Position numbers and translations under genes: made by a program
The notes under the pieces: model-generated
What the model was told of the DNA's origin: nothing
Seen by the model: the letters and a program-made list of their open reading frames with translations, nothing else
The model's database searches: none
Shown here: one piece after another, positions 13,674 to 24,742 of the stretch
How the letters are laid out: each line of letters begins with the position of its first letter
How positions within the stretch are numbered: the stretch's first letter is position 1
Assembly: GCA_050084985.1 (NCBI GenBank)
Contig: JBITNC010000001.1
Span: forward strand, 31,682,001 to 31,746,000
DNA from: Nageia nagi
Lineage: Eukaryota > Plantae > Pinophyta
DNA: 64,000 bases
Reading direction: 5' to 3'

Positions 13674-14719
13674 AAATTTTATGGGGTATTATTAAGATTA
13701 CAAAGTAGTTTCAATATTTTTAAAATTATAAAGATATTTTAGATATTAAATTGAAATATAAAGGTATTTTGGATATTTTCTCTAAAATTAATATGTATGC
13801 AAGATGTGTGCAGCAAAAGAGACATTTATTGTTAGATAAAACGTTTCATAGAAAGAGATTCTCACAGAGTTGTGTGACACTGTGGGAACTCTAGAAGCAT
13901 AAAATAAAATAGCAACACATTTTTTGATGAAAAGGTTGCATAACAAAGGCACGTGAACTGTTTGACAGAATGCTGAACAAAAATGCAAACAGAATGTAAT
14001 GATCACATCATATGCACAAAAGGGTCATGTTTTTCCTAGGAGATTCATGTGTTGGAAATCTAATCCTTAGAGATTAAGGTAATTTGTAATTATTAAATTT
14101 AGGATTATAAAGTTCACGTATCATAGAAAGTTCAAAAATCACCTTAGAAGGAGAAATGAAAATGATAAAATTAATATAATACTTGGAGTTTCCCCTTCAT
14201 GGTATCAAATCTTGGTTGGAAAAGATCTTGAAAATTGCATTGTCCATGCTCCATTTGTTTATGTATTCATCTATTTTTGTCAGAGATGAGGGTTCAAAGT
14301 TTTTTGTGTTGGTTCATAGTTTTAGCTATGTTTATGAGGATTTAAATCTGTTATAAATATTTGAATATATTGAAGAGAGGCAAAGGAATTCCTTTGAGAT
14401 AAGAATGGTGGCTAGAAAGCTAGTGAGAAGCGATCATGAGAGAAGGCTAGAGCTCGGGACTTGAAGTAAAAAATTACATCTAGGAAGACTTGCAGATAAC
14501 ATCTTTGTTCCTCCAACATTTGTTTGCTCTTCCCTGGGTGTTGTTATTCTAGGCACTATTTCCTCATTTCTGAGCTCTCTCTCTGATCTAGGTGTTAGGC
14601 TTATCCAAGCTTTGTTCATTTTGCTATGGAATATCCTTCTCCAGGCACTGTTTCCTTTGCTTTAAGACTTCTTACCTTCCAAACTCTGGCTATTACTAAC
14701 ACTCACCATTTTGGATGAA

Positions 14720-17700
14720 TGATGTCATCATTTTAAACCCTAAAACTCGATTCTTATTATGCTATGACATCTTTCTTGCTCTGAAACCTGGATTAACACT
14801 CTAAAAATGTTCTTCTAAGGGATTTATACCTTGGAATTAAATTTTGAACCATCGACATCAATTTTTGAACATGGACATTATTTTGTGTGTACAAAAATGG
14901 TTGATCTACCTTTCTAGAAGAATTCAATGTAATTCAAATGTTGTGCAGATAGAAATGGCATGGGCTTCATCTACCTTTTGCAACATTCAATGTTGTGCAG
15001 ATAAAAAGGACATGGCCTTCTATATAATGGACAATAGAATGTGTGCATAGAGTCATGTTGCATTTAATTTACTTTTGACCAAATAACTTATATATAATAT
15101 TTTATCTTAGTTTAAGTATAGATAGCCTACGTGTAAAATGATTGATGGCGAAGCAAAGTAAATAAGAGCAATGTATGTTTTATTATTCCACTCCAAGAGA
15201 AAGCCCTCTAATTTTTACTTTGCTGCAATACATATATATTTTTAGTATCTAATTTATCTTCCTATTTATTTTGTCTATGCTTAGCCTTACTGTAATCTAG
15301 CTATATACATTATTGTTTATTTTTCTTAAAATCTTCAATTAGTATCAGAGTAGAAGATTTATTGAGTTAAATGGATTCGAAGTCAAGAAATTCATTACAG
15401 TTGCAATTACAAATTTTCATTTTCAATGGAGACCATTATGAGTACTGGTGCATCCGAATGAGGATATTTCTTATCTTTCAAGACCTATAGACATTTGTTT
15501 CCTAAGGTTTTACTGACTCAAATGAAGTCACCCTTGCAGATATAACTATAATGAGAAGAAAAAAGTGTTGAGGAATTGTAAGAAGGATGCCAAAACACTA
15601 TTTACTATCTAGCCTAGGATAGATGTGTTCATCTTCTCAAAAATTGTAGTGTAAGACTTTTAAGGAAGCATGGAATATCTTGGATACCGCATACAAAGGA
15701 TCAACCAAGGTCCATGTGGCAAAGCTCAAGTTGTTAAAGAAGGAGTTCGAATCTCTCCATATGAGAGAGGAAGAGAATATAAGTTTTTTCTTTTTCAAGA
15801 TCCAAGATCTTGTTAATACCTTCTATTCACACAGTGAAGATATTGGAGACACCAAAAATGTTGAAAACGTACTTTAGAGCTTACCCAGAAGGTTTAATCC
15901 CATTACCACTGCCATTGAAGAAGAAAAGGACCTATCCTAACACATGCTTGCAGAGTTGAAGGGTAGTCTAACTACCTATGAATATAAAATTAGTGATAAA
16001 GTTGAATCTTTGGACCAAGCTTTCCAAGGATAGTTGAAAATGAAGGGCTAAAAGCCCCCTTCATCAAATCTTATCTCTTCTTCTTCATCCTCTCATGGAA
16101 GAGATGGATCATCGCATGGAAGAAGTGGTGGCTGAGGCAGAGGTAAAAGAACTCATGGAAGAGGTCATTTTAGGGGAAGATCACAAGATGATATTCTTAT
16201 ATATTATAACTTCTATAACAAAGATTATCACACATAATCGCATTGCTAGAAGAAGAATCCCAAGTTGAAAGCTTAGTATGTTGAAGAGAAGGCTGAGAGC
16301 AACATGTTCATCACTTGTAGTAGTTTCTAGGCTGAAGAAGAAGATGTATGGTACCTAGATAATGGATGCTCTAACCATATGAGTGGAAACAAAGCCTTAT
16401 TTCTTAATATTCACGCCAATGTCACAAGCTAGGTCAAGTTTGTTGACAACAAAAGTGCCAACATCCATGATAGAGGGACTATTTCCTTTAAGTCTAAAGC
16501 TGGTAAGATATTTTATATACATAGCACTCTCTTTGTTTCTAACCTAAAATAGAATCTGTTAAGTATTGGATAGCTTAGTATAAAAGGCTATATAACCACT
16601 TTCAGAAGGAAGGGTGCACCATAGTAAAAGAGGCTACTAACTAGCTTATAGCCACCATCCATATGATTAAAAATAGGATGTATATGCTTAGGATGATACC
16701 TGCAGCAAATTGCTTAAAAGCATCCATTGATTTTGTTTGATTATGGTATAGGAGATTTGGTCATTTAAATTTTCACTCATTAAATGGTCTGCTCAAATTG
16801 GTGAGAAGCCTTCTTACCATCTCCCATACACACAGTGAGGTTTGTGAAAGTTGCATTGCGAAAAAGCAACACAGATTGAAGTTTCAAAAGTACTAATATA
16901 GGGCTAAGTACCCTCTTCAGTTGGTGCATGCAGACTTGTGTGGACCAATTAAGAGTCCCAACCAAGGTGGTAAGTCAAGATATATCCTTATCTTTACTGA
17001 TGATTTTTCTAAGATGAGTTGGCTTTATTTACTACAAAACAAGTATGACTCTTTTAAGAGATTTGTTAAATTTAAATCTCTTGTTGAAAAATAATCTAAT
17101 TATTTTATTAAGAAGTTCAAAACTGATAAAGAAGAAGAATTCATTTCTAATGAATTAAAAAACTTCTGCCATCAACATGACATTGTTAGGCAATATACAA
17201 CTGCTTACACTCCACAATAGAATGGAGTGGTTGAAAAGAAAAAATATTGAGATGGCTAGATGCATGATAAAAGAAAAGGGCCTTCCCACTAATTTTTGGA
17301 GTGAAGTAGTACATGCTACTATTTATATTCTAAATAGGTGTCCCACTCAAGTTTTGAAAGACACCACCCTTTATGATGCTTGATTTGGTGTACAACCAAA
17401 CATTTCTCATCTTCAAAAATTTGATTCAATCTATTTTGTACGTGTGCCAAAAGAAAACAGGAAGAAGCTTGATGAAAAATCTATTAAATGCATTTTAATG
17501 AAATACTTTAAAGTGTCTAATGCCTATAGATGTTATGATCCACTAAGTGGCAAGATTCACATTAGTAGAGATGTGATTTTTAAAGAAGGGGACATAACAA
17601 ATCAAGAAAATGGTGCTGAAGACACCATTGCTAAATTCCAACTTGATGAAGATTGTAAACTTTCTCACACTATTGCACATTCTCCTCCTCAACCTTCATC

Positions 17701-19043
17701 ACCATCTTCACTAGCCACTAGCTCACCATAGCATGCATAGCCAAACTAGTCTCTTGTTGCACATACTCCACTAGCAAAAAATAAGTGGACAAGTGACCGC
17801 TATCATCATCCATCATTGATGCTAGATAAAGAGCTCAACAAAAGAATGACCTAGTCACAAACCAAAACTAAAAATCAAATCTTTTATGAATTAATGTCTT
17901 CATTTGTGGAGCCTTCCACATATACTGAAGTTGTTGCTAATGATGATTGGAAGAAAACCATGAAGGAGGAGATTGAGCGAATCCAGAAGAATGATACTTG
18001 GAATTTTGTACCTCCTCCTAAGGATAAAAAGGTCATTGGTGTCAAGTGGATTTATAAATTGAAACATAATCCTGATGAGAGTATTGTAAAGCACAAAGCC
18101 CATCTAGTTGCTAAAGGATATGCTTAAAAGGAAGGTCTAGATTATGATGAGACTTTTTATCTGCTAGCCCGACTAGAAACTATGAGGTTTGTGCTTGCAC
18201 TTGCCTCTTATTTTGGATAGACAGTCTATCAAATGGATTCCAAATTTGCTTTCCTTAATGGATATTTAAATAAGGTTGTTTATGTTAAGAAGCCTAAAGG
18301 ATTTATTATTGTAGTTCAAGGAGACAAAGTGTATAAACTCAGAAAGGCTCTCTATGGCCTTAAACAAGCATCTTGGGTATAGTACGCTTGAATTGATGGT
18401 TACCTTTAGAAAAATAATTATCAAAGATCCTCAATGAAAAACATATTGTACACAAAAGTTGAAGGTAGCAACTTCTTTATTCTATGCTTATATCTTGATG
18501 ATATCATTTTTACTAGCACCTCTGATGCTATGATAGATCAATTTAAGAATGCTATGATCAGTGAATTTGAGATGAGTGATTTTGAAGAGATGAATTGTTT
18601 TCTTGGCATACAAGTCAAGCAATCCATCAAATGCAATTTTGCAATTTTGTATCAAGATAGAAACAGTATGGGCTTCCTCTACCCTTTGCAACATTCAATG
18701 TCATATAGATAGAAAGGGCATGGCCTTCTACATAACAGATAGTAGAATGCATGCATAGAATCATGTTGCATTTAATTTTACTTTTGACCAATTAGCTTGC
18801 ATATATTATTCTATCTTAGTATAAATATAGATAGCCTATGCATAAAATGATTGATGGGGAGCAGAGTAAACAAAAATAGTCTATGTTTTATTCTTTCACT
18901 CTAAAAGAAAGCCCTGTAATTTTTACTTCTCTGCAATACATATATATTTTTTATCTCCAATTTATCTCATTATTTATTCCGCTGATCAACTTTACTGTAA
19001 TCTTACTATATACATTATTGTTTATTTTTGTTCAAAATCTTCA
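14720..19043 (+). mobile_element. Ty1/copia retrotransposon, decayed; deletion removes late RT, RNase H, PPT and start of the 3' LTR
   Basis: LTR repeat about 14940-15337 vs 18650-19043 (both end aatcttca); PBS tagtatcagagt 15340-15351. Gag NGDHYEYWCIRM (15424), protease WYLDNGCSNHMSG (16349), integrase LVHADLCGP (16921), RT KVIGVKWIYK...LGIQVKQ (18030-18622). The 14720 start is tentative (TG start, atgaa/atgat near-TSD). Confidence 0.93.
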
Positions 19044-19079
19044 ATGATGTCACTAGGCATATTCCAAATACATTACCTA

Positions 19080-19570
19080 TTTTTGCCCGATGTTGGTTGC
19101 GTGTTTGAAATTCTGACCGCGCGCTTTTGGAGAAATTATCATGTGAAATGAAGGAGTGAGGGTTTTTGTAAATCAACGTCGTGACAATCGTGGAGGTATC
19201 CAGACCTGCCCTACGTACACATTGGCGGAGACTTGCTTGCCTGGCGTGGAGAAATTGTCAGGTGAGATAAAGGCGCCGGGTATATTCCAATACTTGTGTG
19301 TTGTGTTATGTGATTCCCGAGTGTTGTGTAGTCTGAAGGCAGACCCAGCCGATACAGAGGCTGACGATTTAGAATTGCTCCTGCACATTTGTGTTGCGCC
19401 CACCGTGATGCAGACCACCGTGCATGATAAATGTTTGTTTGCAACATGTCATATTGCGTTTGGGTTGTCGAAGACCTGTGATGGGAGGAGTCAGCCTGTG
19501 TGGAGGCTGAGAATAAAGACTTCTCTGCTGTAAACGTGAATTTGCTGCCTACATCCTGCCCAATCAACAT
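19080..19570. promoter_or_regulatory. CpG-retaining island, probable 5' region of a PPR-type gene copy
   Basis: About 20 CpG in under 500 bp in an otherwise CpG-depleted window. Shares motifs with 20821-20985, directly upstream of the second PPR pseudogene. Confidence 0.45.
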
Positions 19571-20085
19571 TGATCAGAGTTAACTTGACATGTTGTCTTG
19601 GTATTTTCACTTTTGATGTCAGAAAATTTTAAAAAAATTTATTTGAATTGGTTTGTAAGGCAATAAGGTATTGTGAGGATTTTGTTTAAAATGTTAAAGC
19701 CCTTTAATTTTAAAAATTAAAAGATGATGTATGTTTTGGGAGGAATAGTATTTTTTTTTAGGATATTCTTTTTGGAAAATTGAATTTTTTTTATAGGAGG
19801 ATATTGATGATGTCAAAAATTGAGTTTCTTTGTTGAAAAATATGTTGATATTGTAATCATTTTATAAAGATGGTGTATTGTGAAATTGAAGAAGATGAAA
19901 ATGAATGGTGAAGATAGTGATCTTCACATGTGTGGTGGGAGAGATGGTTCTCACCTATGACATTTTTTTTCTAAGACTCATGCATGAAGATGGATGTCAT
20001 GGTGTGAGTGTGACAATCATATCTTGTGTGTGAGGCATAGTATGTGTTTCTTTGTGCACATCATCCCTTTGGATTAAGAAGGGGA

Positions 20086-20472
20086 ATTTGGGATTAATCT
20101 TTGAGGTGGATTTCTTTTTTGTGAAAATATACTACACATCTTGAGAGATCTTTGTATTCTCATTAATTTGGGTTAATCTTGAGGGATTCTTTTGTGAAAA
20201 TACTACACATCTTGAGAGATCTTTGTATTCTCATTAATTTGGGTTAATCTTGAGTGGATTTCTTTTTGTGAAAATATACTACACATCTTGAGAGATCTTT
20301 GTATTCTCATTAATTTGGGGTTAATCCTTGAGGTGGATTTCTTTTTTGTGAAAATATACTACACATCTTGAGAGATCTTTGTATTCTCATTAATTTGGGG
20401 TTAATCCTTGAGGTGGATTTCTTTTTTGTGAAAATATACTACACATCTTGAGAGATCTTTGTATTCTCATTT
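20086..20472. repeat. Tandem array of about 70-80 bp unit, 5 near-identical copies
   Basis: Core actacacatcttgagagatctttgtattctcatt occurs five times unchanged. Copies differ mainly by small indels in homopolymer runs. Confidence 0.97.
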
Positions 20473-20952
20473 CTTTCTTAATCCCTTTTGGATTAAAAGA
20501 AATAAAGAAATTTTATTAACAACCGCGAGAGACCAAGAGCAATCTATTAGATAACTGTAGGGAGTACATTGTATCACTTTTAATGGGATTTGAACATGAG
20601 ACACTATGTCAAATAATTAGAGATTAAGATAATTTATAATTATTAATAGTTTTAAGTGTGTAAGTGTGAAGTATTTATTGATTATATAATTTAATATTAA
20701 AAATTCCAATTATCATAGAAAGTGAATATAAAAAATCCAAAATTATTCATATGTATTTGTAAGTGATCAAACTAATGTAGTGCTTGATTTTTTGGAATTT
20801 CTCCTTCCGCATGGAAAATTGGAAAAATTATCCAATGAGATGAAGGCAGCAGCGATATTTTCAATACAATATTGGCTGTCTGTCAACATAGCGAAGAGTT
20901 GGCAATTGTGTTCGGGTTGTGAATGAATCGCCCTGGATTCGTTATTAGAGTT

Positions 20953-21400
20953 ACGAAGAACCTGAGTAGTGAAGGTCTGCAGACATTGAAGACATGCCAT
21001 ATGTGGAAGATTCATGTACTATTTGACAAAATGTTCCATCGAAGTGCAGTCTCATGGAGTGAAATGATTCCAAGATATGCGTACAGAATGAGTGTGAGTA
21101 ACAGTATTTGTTGAAGAGCAAAATGTGTAGTGTGTTTTGCAGCATAAGCATAAAGCAAAGATTATTCTCAGAATGACAGATACATTCCAATGGACTGCCA
21201 TGATTGCAGAGATTTACGCACAAATGTTCTCATAATTATATATGTTGATTCTGGAAAATACAGTAATATAGAGGGCAGATAATTGTTTGACGAAATGGAG
21301 CAGAAATATATTGTTTGACAGATTGCCTTTGTAAATGCAGTATTGGAACACAATTTCATGGAATCCAGTGACTACAAAATTCATCAAATTATGACAAGTG
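20953..21400 (+). pseudogene. PPR pseudogene fragment
   Basis: KIHVLFDKMFHRSAVSWSEMIPRYA (21007-21081), WTAMIA (about 21191) and GKYSNIEGR*LFDEMEQKYIV (about 21253-21315) are PLS-PPR motifs with deletions and stops. Confidence 0.85.
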
Positions 21401-23789
21401 TTCTACAGAGTTTTGATCACAACACTGAAGACTTGTAAAGTGTTTGCTAGAGAGATGTAGCGGCAGAGTTTTGAAGTTTGTAGTAAATGCGAATCTTAGG
21501 ATTCATAATAGTTTGTGGATTTTAGGAGTTATAAAACTATTTTGGGAAGTTGTTAACTGCCCAGAACTGTTTCCATAACTGTCTCAACTTCCTTATACTA
21601 TAAAAGCGAGCATGCACTTTCAGCAAATGAGAAACTTTTTATTGAAAATTATATTTAAAATAGTATATGATATTTTTCTGTTATGCTTTGCAAATAAATT
21701 TTTGTATTCTGAAATTATGTTTTCTATGACATTTACTTAGAAACTTCCAGCTTAATAAATTAACTCATTTTCATTCATTTACTTAGAAACTTCAAGTTTA
21801 ATAAATTAGCTCATTTCATTCCATGAATCATTCATCTTATGATCTCCTGAATTAAATTCGAGATTACAGCATCTTATGGATAGATTGAGTTTGTTTCTAA
21901 TCACCAAAGGCTGTTTGATTAAGCTTGATTCCTAACAGAATCTGTAAAACATTTTAGAATTAGACAATGCACAATTAGTAGTTAGTTCTCCTTTGTTTCA
22001 GTTTGATCTCCATATTTTATTTTTCTTTCTTTATTTCTTTCTTTCTTCAAAAATGAATTTTCATTTTATTTACTGCATTTTAGAGTCCTGAAATGATCAT
22101 GTGTGAGAATGAATTTTAGCGAGAAAAAGAGTAATGTTGCAAAATGGAAAACAACTCTAGTGTCCTTAAACATTAATTGTTACACTAGTATCTTTCTGAA
22201 TTATTTCAAGTCTATACTTCATTTTGCAAATTTCCACATAAACTTTGGGATAAAGTTCTTTCAAGAGGAGCTAAGTAATGAGACCTCATTTAGATGTTGA
22301 TGTCCTTTCCCATTTTATCATTTCAAAACAACAATTTGTAAAAGGAAAGAATTAACCATCAACATCACTCACATCAAGAGAGGTAACAATAAAAAAAATC
22401 CATCAAATTATAAGGCATCATAATATAAGACAAGATTAGGTTGCATGGATCCTAAGGTGTTATTAGATTTGAGAATAAATTACACAGTAGAAAATTATCC
22501 ATTCTAGGGTGACTTCTATTTACAACCATCTATAAAACCCTTGACCATATGTGTGAGCTTACTTAATTTATTTTTTATTCTATAAATGGAGCTATTGTTG
22601 AATCTAAATATTGATTTTACTCAATTTATAATATTAATTATAATAAATAAAATAATATTGGTAAAATTATCAACAATGCTACTCAAATGATCTAATGCTC
22701 CTATGATATGAACCTAGGAGGATGATGACATCCTATCTCTAAATTTTGGACATAGTTTATGCATCAAATTAGGTCTTTTGTATGATAATGTACTCCATCC
22801 TTTTAAAAATGGCACCAAAGTCAAAGTTGTTCATTAGAACCTCTTATCAAAATGCCAAAAATAAACTACAATATAATGAATATGGAATATAGTATTGCAA
22901 TGATGGTTCAAATCTAGACTTCATAGTTGGTGATGAGAATCACTAATTATAGAACATAAAAATTTCTCTATCAAGGTCTAGATATGATTAACCACATCAT
23001 TCCTACCTTTTATAGATGAAGTATACACCATGGGATAAGCCTTCTTTCTTAACACTCCTTGAACATGTCACCAAAAAGATAGAAAGGAGTGAATTGCACT
23101 TTATCCAACACACATACCTAAATTCAACAATAAATCTATTAATCAAATTTGATACCTAAATTAAAATTAAAATTAAAAAAAAAAATAGTTATTAACAATT
23201 GCCCCCCTTTGGATATGCTTCTAATGGAATGAAAAGAGAATCTAAACGAAACTATAAAAGCAAAAAGTAATACTTCTCTAAAATCTCTTAATGATGGTAG
23301 CTTAGGGCTCCTCATTTTAAACAACTAAGGTAAATAAATTCTCTAACCACTTGCATCATGTTAGAACTGTTGAATGGAAGAAATCATAGAAAAGATCTTG
23401 TAGAGGATATAAAACAAAGACTATATTAAAAATAACATTTTTAATGAAATCATCATAATATAGATAATTATGCATCAAAAAATTCAAAGTGCAATTGATT
23501 TCTCATTTCTAATATTATCAAATGACATTATCTTAGAACTACCAAATGTAAGGACATATGGTAGATGATAGAAAAGAGATAAACAACTACATATATTGTC
23601 ATTAACTCAATATGAAATAAACATAATACAACTTTGTAAGAATTTCAATAAAAAAATTAGCATCATAAAATATATATTCCATCTATCATTATTAAACATC
23701 ATAAATCTTCATAGTTTTGGGAACAAAACCTCATATTTTCTTTAAATACCATGTTATAAGACCTTCTTGGCATATTTTCTTGAAGAAAA

Positions 23790-24137
23790 TACTAACATAG
23801 GGTACTTAACTATCCCAAGTACTAAACGAGACCTACTAAATATCTCAATACACTCCCAATATTGAGATTGCTAGAACTAGGTACTTGATACCCCACATAC
23901 CAAATATGATAACTAGGAAATACATTTGCACACTCCCAATGCTTAGGCATTAGAATTAGTTATGTAATTATGCTAAGTAACAAACATAATAATTACTAAA
24001 TATCTCAAGACACTCCAGATATTATAAGTGTAGAACCAATGACCCAAGTACCAAATGGGAATGTTAAACATCTTGAGATACTCCCAATATTGAAAGTGCT
24101 AAAACTTGGTGCTTGATTTCCCCGAGTACCAAATGGA
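23790..24137. repeat. Diverged tandem repeat, about 80-bp unit, 4-5 copies
   Basis: actcc(c)aat-type anchors at about 23852, 23932, 24012 and 24080, with recurring aagtaccaaa and aaatatctcaa. Confidence 0.8.
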
Positions 24138-24608
24138 TTTATACAAAGTAAAGACTTATCAAACTACATAACTTCTAAATTTTAAAGAAACATATGAAAG
24201 CTACAATTTTTTCTAAGCCAATTTCTAACTTTTTTGAAGTTCAAATTTTTTTCAACCCCATGCACTAGTGCACAAGAGTTAAAATTTTTAATTCTCAATT
24301 TAAATTTTTAATTTTGAATTACTAACATCAATATTACATAACAACACCAATAAATTCTTAAATTTGTTAAAATTTCATCAAATAGACACTTAAGATCCAT
24401 TATCAATTTCCTAAAAATTTCTTCTTAATTCTATAATTTGAACATATTTTTCTTGTTCTGAAATTGGAATATGAAAATTTTCAAACATTTTGAGTAAAAT
24501 GCTTATTTGTGGTATGTGAAAATGGACATGCCCACGCATCAATGCACCAATATTGGTTAGCATGAAAAATTAAATCATTGAAAATATTCCACATCATCAT
24601 CATACTAA

Positions 24609-24742
24609 TGTCCCCAAGGGGATAATGTGATGGTTAAATTGTTTGACATAGCTCTAGGAGGTTTCAAGTTTGAATCACTTTGGTTAATCTAATAAAATCA
24701 TAACAAGGTTCTATCCCAACTACAATTTGGCTACAGTTAAAT
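24609..24742 (+). mobile_element. 5' part of a probable SINE whose 3' part is at 34063-34172, split by the Tat/Ogre insertion
   Basis: Box-A/box-B-like taatgtgatgg and aagtttgaatca. 12/13 direct repeat atcatcata(c/a)taa at 24596-24608 and 34173-34185, the latter after an A run. Confidence 0.5.

Larger units (their letters stand above)
11399..13782. mobile_element. Pack-MULE (non-autonomous Mutator-like element) with captured PTB fragment
   Basis: Perfect 9-bp TSD taaaattaa (11390-11398 and 13783-13791). Left terminus gggaaaatatctaaaata, continuing after the hAT insert at 13003 as catttatattttaaagtatt, matches the reverse complement of 13705-13782 (gagaaaatatccaaaatacctttatatttc...). Confidence 0.88.
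10250..14032 (+). pseudogene. PLS-class pentatricopeptide repeat (PPR) pseudogene, interrupted by a SINE and a Pack-MULE
   Basis: Decayed PPR motifs: FSSILKV..LETL..IYENGF (about 10420-10499), VVANIMMD (about 10800), MYTKFGRIKRVCKLYCKMPHQIVVSF (about 11245-11322), then after the MULE TSD INMYARC (about 13786) and KARELFDRMLNKN..NVMITSYAQKGH (about 13946-14030). Many stops and frameshifts. Confidence 0.85.

Noticed and set aside
19156-19570. Three overlapping ORFs (125, 81 and 119 aa) as a real gene
   Set aside because: No recognisable domain; open frames on both strands are expected from locally higher GC. Treated as a CpG island or PPR 5' relic.
20086-20472. CRISPR-like appearance of the regular repeat array
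   Set aside because: No unique spacers, no cas genes, eukaryotic context; it is a plain tandem repeat.
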